Assembly: GCF_006345805.1 (NCBI RefSeq)
Contig: NC_042999.1
Span: 120,280,001 to 120,344,000, forward strand
Reading direction: 5' to 3'
Length of the DNA stretch: 64,000 nucleotides
From: Octopus sinensis
Taxonomy: Eukaryota
Part shown: piece after piece, positions 53,101 to 64,000 of the stretch
How the letters are laid out: each line of letters starts with the position of its first letter
Numbering within the stretch: position 1 is the stretch's first letter
The notes under the pieces: model-generated
Seen by the model: the letters and a program-made list of their open reading frames with translations, nothing else
What the model was told of the DNA's origin: nothing
Databases searched by the model: none
Position numbers and translations under genes: made by a program

Positions 53101-53599
53101 ATATTTTGTATACAGAGTGACTCCAGTTACCTGCCTTGTATGCTCAAAAGCTTAGTTCCTAAAACAGGGAAGCCAATTCCTTTTTTGTCATCATATGAAG
53201 CGGTTTTTAACACGGCTTATTCAACCTGTAAGGCTGCCATTCAAAATTCAGATTCTCTAGGAAGATATTTTATGTTGAGAGTGAGACATATCTTCATCAT
53301 ATATCGTAGAATCAGAACGGGAAAGGTTCTGTGATTCAACCCAACATTTAGAAGGTATATATATATCAAAGGTAATGTAGCGTGAATATATTTGGTATCT
53401 AGGCGTTTCCTCAAGGGTGATAAATAAGTATTATAGAATGCTTACTGGAAGAACTGTGACAACTGGTTATCATTACAGTAAAAACTTTACTTTTTTTACC
53501 AGCAAAATGTAAGTAAACTCAATAAATCTAATGGGAATAATGACCGCACAAAATACAATTGTAGAAATCCTAGTACTCGCGCTTCTTAATGGGCAATGC

Positions 53600-53735
53600 C
53601 TGATAAAAAAATGAAACTGGTACTTATTTTAGCGACCTTGAAAGGCTAAGTCTAAGAACTGAGAACATAAAGACGGACGAAATGCTGCTAAATATTTTGT
53701 CGGACGCGCCAACGAGTCTGCCAGCTCCCCGCCAT
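53600..53735 (-). mobile_element. SINE family B
   Basis: Reverse complement of ggcggggagctggcagactcgttggcgcgtccg... Confidence 0.7.
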
Positions 53736-53904
53736 AAATCTGAAATATTAAAACTGTTGTAGGCATTCTTCAAGATGTCATATTTCTATATTATTACGCT
53801 ATCATGCATAGTTATATCTAAAGTGAATTTCACCGATGAGAAATAAATTATTTCACGTTCTCTCGGAATCTCTAAATTGTTACGACGTAAACTCTCTCTA
53901 TATA

Positions 53905-53935
53905 GAGGGATAGACCGACAGACAGACAGGCAGAC

Positions 53936-54012
<77 letters not shown>

Positions 54013-54055
54013 TAGTTACATATACATTTATATAAATATATTTTATATATAAATA

Positions 54056-54097
<42 letters not shown>

Positions 54098-54110
54098 TAT
54101 ATAGATAGTT
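53905..54110. repeat. (GACA)/(GATA)n and (TA)n microsatellites
   Basis: Direct. Confidence 0.95.
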
Positions 54111-54191
54111 AAACATATATATACATACATTAAACATATTTGCATATACACTTGTAAATATACATGTGTGTGTGACTGTGTGTGTGTTTAA

Positions 54192-54244
<53 letters not shown>

Positions 54245-55389
54245 CATGTATTTGTGTTTATTCATCTTCAAAGCAAAGATATTTTGCATTAGATTAAACG
54301 ACCATTACTTTGAATTTATGTTTTCTAGTCAGAATAATTTTTGTAATTCAGAAGCATTGAACCCTCTATAGAGTATGACATTTTTCAGTAATTTATTAAA
54401 ACTTTTCATTTTATGACTCACTATAAATTGCTGTAGTGTATCAATAAAATTTTGCTGGCCTTATAAATGCAAGAGAACGTTTGAAACATTTTTTCTTTTA
54501 TTGCTTAGTATATTTCTTCATCAAAATATAGTAACAATAGACTTTGGAAAACAAGGCCTCGTTTAATAAGAAAATATATTGGCAAGTTAGTTGACCTGCG
54601 CCTGCTTTGAAAATGAAATATTTACACGCTGAATAATCATTTAACCATTTAAGAACACACAAAAACTGTTGTTTACTTTTGTTGCAGTATGGTACTTATC
54701 TAATACGAAGTGAACGAAAGTCAAAGGACGGAAAATATTTTAAATGTTCCTATATTTTGTAGTATATATTTTGTTTCTCGCATAAGCATTAGTTGCATAA
54801 ATGATTCTAATTTAAATCTGTCGCCACTTGTGTATTAACTACAACTAGAACGACTGTATCAGGTTAAGAAAATTTCTTTTTGCAAGGTTAAGAGAGATCA
54901 TACATAATCGTAGAATCATCAGAGCTTGCATGCTTTGTGTTTCACAAAGGCATATTTTTGAACGATGCTCTTGGAACAGTTACTGTGGGGGTTAAACTTT
55001 CTTGCGGTAATGTGCTCCCGTTGTGTGTTGAAATATGATAGACGAATTAGTTTGGTAACTTGGGGTAATGGGCTCTGGCTCTGCGGTGAATATGATAAGG
55101 TAAATATTTCTGCCCAGTGGTTAGCTTTTCAGGTGTAATAAAATGTAAAGACTATTTATTACTATGAACAGTTGACAGAAACATATATATACCTGAAACA
55201 TTAGCTGATAAAAAGCGCCATAGCATTCGAGTTTTGAGCTGTAGGTGTGCATCTCATCTACTTTACTCCAGTCGTTAACAACCAGGTGAAACGAGGATAC
55301 CTAAAGTGCTTCACTGCAAATGTAAACATCGTGGTCTTCTGAAAGTGATTCAACAATGGTGAGTTTTATATTACTTACATTGTTTACAT

Positions 55390-55745
55390 TATTTACATAT
55401 GATGAATTGGATATTTGTCCCCATCTTGTTTGTTGTTAACACAACGTTTCGGCTGATATACCCTCCAGCCTTCATCAGGTGTCTTGGGAAATTTCGAACC
55501 ATGGTTCTCATTCCTGAGGTATTTTTCGATGTTGTTGTTGTTGTTCTTCTTCTTCTTATCATCATTATCATCATCATCATCATTATTATTATAATAATAA
55601 TTATTATTATTATTGTTATTATTATTATTATAATTATTATTATTAGTATTATGATTATTATTATTATTATTATTCAGGTCACTGCCTGGAATCGAACTCA
55701 GAATCTTGGAGTTAGTAGCTCGCGCTCTTAACCACTACGCCATAT
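55390..55745 (-). mobile_element. tRNA-headed SINE-like element: A/B boxes, (AAT)n spacer, hammerhead
   Basis: A box TGGCGTAGTGG (55742-55732), B box GAGTTCGATTCC (55699-55688), hammerhead downstream on the same strand. Confidence 0.7.
55438..55483 (-). ncRNA. Minimal type I hammerhead ribozyme with an extra A after A9
   Basis: gacac-CTGATGA-A-GGCTG gagggtatat CAGCC-GAA-ACGT-T-gtgtt: canonical core, 5-bp stems I and II, palindromic stem III. Confidence 0.85.
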
Positions 55746-57201
55746 GACCTGAATAATAATGATAATAATAATAATAATATTTTGCTCTATTTATTTACAA
55801 TAACTTTAAATATCTACACAATAGTCTTATATTTTAGTTTACAATTATATTAAGATTCTGGTTGCAGACAAACAATTATAACCCCGTATCTAATACTCTT
55901 TATATTAGTTATATTATTTTATGACTAGATATATTTATTATGCTTATTATAGCCATATCTTTGAATTTTGCAATATCTCTTACATTTTCCGGTGTTTTAA
56001 AGACTGGATGATTTTTCTTGAAGATAATTTTCGGACGTGCTTATAGTACACAATCTATTCTCCAGTTGCAAACATTCTAACAATTATGTAGCATATACTT
56101 CATTATTCTGATTATACCTCATAAATTCACTGACACCAGCTTACCTCAGCTTTTTAAAATAATTATTACAAAATATAGCATATATTGTTGGGAACCGAAT
56201 CGTAACGACAGGAAAAGGAAACTATCCTAAAAATGATAGTACAGCATCCTGCATCTACACTGATGCTGTGCATGCAATTATAGACTTTAATAAGCATAAT
56301 TTTATCCAATTAATCGTTACATGCTGCTGTTTTACTGTTTCACATTGAGTTTGTTCTCCATTCTGAAACATTTCACGTCAATAACGCTGACAATACACCA
56401 GACAAAAGTGGTCATGTTCTATATTATTTCGCAATTATCAGAAAATTAGAGGTATTTTCCTTCAGTCACATAATACCAAACTTACTTTGTCAAATAGGAT
56501 CTTCACTTTTCAGCTTACAATATTTATGTTTTTATAAGACTTGATCAATACACACTTCCTTAAAATATTTTTAATATATTGTAATACAAATATTTCTGTA
56601 CATAGTATAATAAACATATTTCAGAGTAACTATTACTAATGTCTTTCATTTTTCCTTTGAAATCAGTAAACACAGTAAACATATTTATTATTTTCCTCTA
56701 TTTATATGCCAATAGACAGTTTCTTCATTTGACGTTACATGCGAAGAAATAAGACCTTTCCTGTTATGCATCATAAAATCTTAATGAAAAGTCAGCTAGA
56801 TAATCACGGACTTATAATACCATCAATCAGAGTTATATACATAAAATCAAACATGACAAAATGTAGCGGATGAACTTTAAAGAAGTGGCTTTGGATAAAA
56901 TGCTCCATTATACACAATGATTCATAAATCTCTGTCACTTCTTTTCCTAGTTATATGTGGCGGGGCTTCAACATTTAATTATGCTTAGTCGGCCGTGTTG
57001 TTGTGCGTAAGTGAGTTGAAATACACCCAAACGCGTTACATAGAATATCAATTATTTTCTATCAATCGATTGCGTAAATCAAACCACATATTTTTGCAGC
57101 ATGTTTCATGTTAAGACTAATGTTGATGTCTACACTTTTGTGTATATTTATTGTCATGTAATATAGCTTCCCCATGAAGGATATTTATGTGAGTGTACGT
57201 G

Positions 57202-57252
<51 letters not shown>

Positions 57253-60204
57253 GTTGATAACGTTGCATATGTTAGTAGCATATGTGATGCTACTTAATAT
57301 TAGAAGCTATCTTGCATATGCACCAGACAGTCTACTACAGATTATACATTAGCGGGCAGAATGAACAAGTGCTATTGTATTTGCATCATATTTGAATACT
57401 CTATTAAGTCTCCAACCTCTTGAAACTTTGCTTATAGAACCCTTAACTTCTAGAACTTGAAATACATTATATGGTTTTCAAAAAATAATATAATATAATC
57501 AATATATTTATAGTTGGGGTGATATATCGTAATATAAGTTTATGAGTATCATTCCCACTACACAGAGTATTACATCTTCGGGATTCTTTGTTCCTTACTT
57601 GTTCCAAAATTTCTTTTGCGTTCGCTACATATCAGGCAAACATTCCTTTTTATCTCATCGGTATAAGCTGGAATATGTGAAACGTTCCCTTCAAATGCAA
57701 AATTTCTTTTGGCAAGGAAAATATTTAATATATCTTAGTTTCGGTTGTTTCAAACATTCTAAATAATCTCAAGCATTTCATATAGATGCATAATATATAT
57801 AGGCTTGATGTACTGCATTTTGTAATATTTCCGTTATTATTGGCGAAATAATTGGAGTTAGGTTGTATCATGTTCGGTGATGAGTGAACGTTCATAGCCA
57901 TAGGATGTAAAAGTAGTTAGCCTAATGTTTCTGACTTCCGTTTCGCTGAATACTAAGTGTTTTTTTAATATATTGCAGTTGACCGAAGATTCTAAGTGAA
58001 ATCTGATGCATGGAAACTGTGAAGAAGCCGCTAAAGGAACATAGTTTAACTACTGTTGCAATTGAAGTTGGAGGGAAGCAGTCACAAGCAACATGTGGAA
58101 ATTCCGAAGAGAATGCATCGCAAATGTTTCACAATGCACGCAGAAGTCAAATATTGCTTAATGATAACTAAGAATAAGTTGGGAATGTATGTGCTGTAAA
58201 CATTTATTATGATTTTATTAACTTTGTGATTTTCTCCAGCTATACAAATCCGGCGTAAATACAAGGAATCTTAGATGCTTCTGGGAATCAATGTCACTCT
58301 TTATTCCATGGTGTCAACTAGCTATTCAAAGGGATTCTGCTTTCATATAAAGCTTCTCCTTTGCTGAGTAGTTCTGAAATTGATTTAAATCTCGGCATTC
58401 TTATATACTTATGCATTAGTTCTGAATGATGCGACAGTTCATCACAGGAGCTTTGTCTCGTTATTTTGACACTGATAATAACGGCATTAGATGAATCACT
58501 TCAAAGTCGTTTTCAAAAGTATAAATACATTATAATCCAATTTTGTTCCTAATGTTATGTAGGTTGATTTTTGTTACTAGTTTAAACATTTGATTTTAAG
58601 ATATTTTAGTTAAAATACTTATTGATACTTTTAATCTTTTATGCTGGCCTGTTGATAAATCTATGATTTTACAATAAATAAAACCTCTTAATCCTTTGAT
58701 CAAAAGATTTTATTCTTGGTCGGTTGCAAATCATAACTTGAATAGCTTTTTATAAAGATAACCTTATATGACGTAAGTAGAAATATGAGTTATCTATTTT
58801 TCTCATTGTAGCTTTAAGTATTTTCTACTTGAATAAATATCTGGTCTCTGACTTCATTTGTGCGAGAGACAAAACGTGAAGCCTATTAAACTAAATTTAA
58901 ATTACATTTCTCTTTTCGTTTTTTAGTTAAGACAGGGTATATGGCATTGTGCTTAGATATATTAATAAAATTAATGCATATGAACTATAACTATAATAAA
59001 ATTTTCTTTTTATTCTGCTGAGTTTCTTGTCAAAATTATTCTTCATATTCTAATCTAATATCGCATAATTCATGCAACCTAATATTTCAATTTTTATAAC
59101 TACAGCAAAATATGTCTTTCATAATTCACAGTTAATTTTTATCAACGACTACTACTTATAATCATCGACTCGTTTTTATTGGTGCAACATTAAACAATTA
59201 AAGTAACTATCGAATTCTTAGCTTCGTTGCTTCTGAGGCTATTACAAAAATTTGGTGATATAGAGACACGAAAGAGGACAAACCATCATCACTTCACTTC
59301 TTTAATCTAATTGATCTGCTGTTCCAATTATAGAACAACAGATAATAACATTCAATATCATAGCTAGAAAGAAAAGGAAAACAGGAATTTTTACTTGAAT
59401 ATAATCAGCATCTGAAATTGTCATCTATAATTTACTTTATTAGAAATAACTAATGACGAGATAAATTGATGAATCTATCAGCTGATAAATAATTCAGAAG
59501 CCCAAACAACATTGGTTAATAATGGTTATTTGCTGATTTGCATATCAGTTCTCCTAATTGCAACGATACTGTCACTTCTGGGTTTTGTTTCAGACGTAGT
59601 TATTTATAGGAATCGATAGAAATTGGATAAATACTGATTGTCTTTGTCATAGTCTGTTCAATAATATCAGCTTGTTTTATCTATTAAATCTCCTTCTCTT
59701 CAGCTATATATCAAATCTATTTTATATTTCTTTTTCTATTAAACTTTCACCATTTCCACACACTACTAATCACCATGTTCCGTTGTATATATATGCACAT
59801 ATGTGTGTGTGTATGCATATCCAAAGGTAGAGCTAGAGTTATAGAAAGATAGAAGAGAAATAGATATAGCGATGTTCCAAGCATCTTCAGAAATATAGAG
59901 TATGGGAATGCTACATAAAGTTTAGAGGGAAAGAAAATTGATGTGCATGTTCTCTAAAAAAACATAGACAGTTATTGTAATTATTGCATGTATATTAGAA
60001 TTTTAAAATAGTATAGGTGCAGGCATAGCTGTTTAATTATGAAGCTTGCTTATCAACTATGTTGGCTTAAGTTTAGTCCCACTGTGTAGCATCTTGGCCA
60101 ATGTTTTCTACTATAGATCTGGAACAAACCAAAGCGTTGTGTGTTCGATAGAGACAAACAGACAGAGAATCCCATTCTATATATATATTCTTTTATTCTT
60201 TTCC

Positions 60205-60390
60205 TTGTTTCAGTTATTTGACTGCGGTCATGCTGGAGTACAACCTTTAGTCGAACAAATCGACCCCGGAACTTATTCTTTGTAAACCTAGTACTTATTC
60301 TATTCGTCTCTTTTACCCAGCCACTTGTTTACGGGGGTGTAAACGCACCAACATCGGTTGTCAAAGCAATGGTGTGGGAGTAACACAGAC
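60205..60390 (-). mobile_element. SINE family A, 3' tail
   Basis: Homologous to 11406-11590. Confidence 0.8.
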
Positions 60391-60771
60391 ACACCCAACA
60401 TATACACACACATATATGTACAAGCTTGTTCATGTTTTCCGTTTGCGGAGAAATAACTAAAATTTGCTCTGTTTATAATTATACCATATGTTACGTATAT
60501 ATTATACCATACTTTGATACTGTGTGGACTAAGATCCCCGTTGACAGGCTGCTGGTAGAGAGTTAAACAATTTTAGCATGCAAATTTGGGACTCATTCAT
60601 AGAGTAATTGCCGCATTTGTTGAGTATATAAACAGTCTGGCTACTTGTTTCTCTGTATGAGAAACCCACTAAGGTTTGAAAATCGAATAAGATTGTTCAT
60701 CATTGTTTTTTTGTCTGCGGAGAAATAGCTAAAATTTGCCCTGTTTATAATTATACTATATGTTACCGTTG

Positions 60772-60806
<35 letters not shown>

Positions 60807-60820
60807 TATATATATACGAT

Positions 60821-60960
60821 ACGACAGACTTCTTTCAGTTTCCGTCTACCAAATTCACTCACAAGACATTGGTCGGCTCTAGGCTATAGAAGAAAGCAAT
60901 TACCAAGCAATTACCCGGAACTATGTGGTTGGGAAGGAAGCTTCTTACCACGCAGCCGCG
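60821..60960 (-). mobile_element. SINE family A, 5' part
   Basis: Homologous to 11630-11785. Confidence 0.8.
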
Positions 60961-61038
60961 TCTGCACCTATTCACATAACCACGCCTGCGCCTATCCACA
61001 CAGCCACACCAACACCTATATGTGTGAATATATATATA

Positions 61039-61170
61039 TAGGTGTGGCTGAGTGGTAAGAATATGGTTCCGGTATCGATACCACTCCCTGGCATCTTGGG
61101 TGTCATCTTCTATAGTACGGGCTGGCTAAAGCCTTGTGAGAGAATTTGGACAGAAACGGAAACAGAAATA
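61039..61170 (+). mobile_element. SINE family A, 5' part (head-to-head with 60821-60960)
   Basis: ggtgtggctgagtggtaaga...aaagccttgtgagagaatttgg. Confidence 0.75.
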
Positions 61171-61699
61171 TCACATACAACAAGGATCAGCATATGTTTC
61201 CTCGGAATACAAATAATTTCCAATCTGCCAAAATTCTTTTATTCTGTTTTGACTAAACATTTTGCAAAAGACAGTAAATACTATAGAATTTTTAACAAAG
61301 ATTGGTTAAGACTAGCATTTTTCTATTAGCAAATATATAGTACAAATTACAGCAGCACACAACGATAGTAAATTTAGCTGTTTTTCATATGAACAATAGC
61401 AATAATAATAATAACAACCAGAATTATAATTATAGATCAATAAATAGCAACAATATCAACATGAGTGAACAAACTATAAGTAACACAAGTACGTATCAGG
61501 ATAGCAGCTAAGGTTTTACAACCAATAAAATAGAAGAGACCCGAGTGAACTCTCCCATTAGCCTGGAAGTAGAAGATGTGAATCCTGAACAGCGCAGTAC
61601 TCAGAATGTTGTCTATGCGCAAAAGACTAACAGCTTAGAAGATAGACAGGAGAATATAGAAATCACATCCGGAGAAGTTAAAGCGGACACTAGTGATAG

Positions 61700-62110
61700 A
61701 AGCAGTAGAACTGTTAAATGTGATTATGCAAGGAAGAGTATCTGTCCCCTTAACTCTAATTTTAGGTCTAAAAATTTCGTATACAGATGTAAGGTTACCT
61801 CAGAGAATAGGGAGTCTTTCTATATAGCAACTGGCTCATGTTATATTAAGCATAGAAATTTTAATAATTTAAGTTCGTTTAGATATAAGAACAAAATAAA
61901 TACTACTAGCATTAGTTAGCTAATTTGGGCACCAAAATATAGTGACAAGGTATTATAGATTGCTTCTGAAATATTTAGTGATGCAGAACCTTAATCGACA
62001 TGACCTTTGTGTGGAAGAAATACACCAAATTTTCACTTCTAAATTTGCTCTAATAAACAATAGACAGTAACAGGCTACAAGATGTCTACACTGAACCAAC
62101 TATACGTTTA
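61700..62110 (+). mobile_element. Decayed GIY-YIG end of a second PLE family
   Basis: CDYARKSICPLNSN...NFVYRCKV...FYIATG...KHRNFNNLSSFR...TSIS*LIW. Confidence 0.6.
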
Positions 62111-63199
62111 AACGATTTAAATAAACAAAACTTACCATCTATAGTAATTATACTAGTTAAAATAATGTTTCTCATAATTAATGACATTTATGCAAATAAT
62201 ACTTATAAATATAATTATAATAATTATTACAAAAATATTAATTGAGGGTATAAACACAAAATAAGTGAAATACCTCTGAATTAAATAATATACTCCATAC
62301 AGTAAAGTGTAAACAACATTGCAACAATTAATTGTAATATTAATAAACATTTTAAAACAACGATTCAACTGTAATACCAGTAGAGCTGAATATAAAACCA
62401 GAATTCAATTCGATTTTAAAAGTAACGCTATCACCTTCAACTGAAAAAGCAACGCAAGAAGCTTGCATGAATTAGTCCACTATGAAATTTTTTGTGTATG
62501 TATGTCTTTGCGTTTGTGATGCGTATTGAGGTAAATTCGTTCGACTGACAGCATCCCATTGAGTAAAACGAGTAAAATGTAAAAGGTATCGCTGTGTCAA
62601 GAAACTTGTCCTATTAATAGAGACATACTGAGAACATAGACAGTGGGAAAAAATACAGCAAGAATGTATTGTAAAGCTAGTCTCAGAGGATGTTCTATAT
62701 GTGTAATAGGAATAGAGTGATATAAATAAACATAAGTAAACGAAAATAATTATATCACATAAGAAAAAAATCTATTGAACACTCAGCGAATTCCTTCTAT
62801 GTGATAAATTTTTTCAATTTTATTTTCGGAAATAAATATACCAATAGATCTGTACACAGTTTAATGTTAGTTACATAATTAACCTACAAATGAATATGGA
62901 GTATTTTAAATCTATGAAGTTACAAATGTTTCCACAGAAAATTGACAGTTCGTGACTTACGGCTCTTTTCTCGAGTTTTATTGAATTTTCTCTTATTTAT
63001 TTCCCTTTGGCCAACATTCACTATATGTCCTGGAATACAATCAATTTCCTATTTATATTTTGATATATTTTAAAACGATTCAACTGTAATATTTTGATAT
63101 AGGTTGATTGTATATTAGTTTAAACATACACTTTTTATGTATAAATTATAAGATACATCCTACTCACACACATGCTTACACAAACAATATATATAGGGA

Positions 63200-63242
63200 T
63201 ATCTATCTATCTATCTACCTATCTATCTATTTATCTATCTAT

Positions 63243-63335
<93 letters not shown>

Positions 63336-63410
63336 GAGATAGATAGATAGATAAATAGATAGACAGACAGACAGATATATCTATATATATATACATATAG
63401 TTATATACTC

Positions 63411-63444
<34 letters not shown>

Positions 63445-63445
63445 A

Positions 63446-63495
<50 letters not shown>

Positions 63496-63525
63496 GTGTG
63501 TGTGTGTGTGTGTGTGTGTGTGCAT
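63200..63525. repeat. Compound (TATC)/(TA)/(GA)/(GATA)/(TG) microsatellite
   Basis: Direct. Confidence 0.95.
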
Positions 63526-64000
63526 ACACGCACTTATGCCATTAGTTATTTCTAATAAAGTAAATTATAGATGCCAATTTTAGATGCTGATTATATTCAA
63601 GTAAATATTCCTGTTTTCCATTTCTTTCTCGCTATCATATTGAATGTTATTATCTGTTGTTCTATAATTGGAACAGAAGATCAATTAGATTACAGTAGTG
63701 AAGTGATGATGGTTTGTCCTCTTTCCTGTCCCTATATCACCAAATCTGTGCGTAAGACACATTATTTTATATTGATTCTCTCCTTCGAAATACATTCTAA
63801 AAGAAGCAAAATCCAGCATAGGCAAATGAGGTATCTTTCGACAAACAAGGGAATCATCAAGGCAATACTATCATATATTCCGTAAATGAACTGTAAAAAT
63901 CGAACCTCGAAATACGGATGCTAATCTTCCAAGAATGTATACCTATATATTTATATACATGCGTAAATGCCAATATATATTGCCGTATACATATACCTAA

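Noticed and set aside
55679-55745. Functional tRNA gene
   Set aside because: There is no complete acceptor stem, and the context (microsatellite plus hammerhead) indicates a SINE-type head.

Overview
AT-rich, microsatellite-dense metazoan DNA, most likely an octopod cephalopod (inferred from the SINE families and repeat style, not verified). No host protein-coding gene, rRNA, true tRNA gene or CRISPR array could be supported; most entries in the ORF track are translated microsatellites. The window is a mosaic of mobile elements. The main one is a near-intact Penelope-like element (PLE, 3884-9576) with pseudo-LTRs, a 1.1-kb inverted 3' duplication, RT and a C-terminal GIY-YIG endonuclease. It also has a separate ~410-aa upstream ORF that overlaps the RT frame at a U_UUU_UUA heptamer, and three copies of a minimal hammerhead ribozyme carrying a compensatory U3-A8 core pair. 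Other elements: a tRNA-headed SINE-like element carrying an intact minimal hammerhead (55390-55745), a 526-bp direct-repeat element with a hammerhead-like motif (9577-10196), a young 493-bp tandem-plus-inverted array (16712-18500), R4/Dong-like RLE LINE fragments in (TAA)n, a Tx1/L1-like LINE remnant, three Tc1/mariner elements, hAT and Helitron remnants, and many tRNA-derived SINEs. The best candidate for an undescribed system is a set of microsatellite-associated, hammerhead-bearing retroelements: a possibly frameshift-expressed two-ORF EN+ PLE plus small non-autonomous elements.
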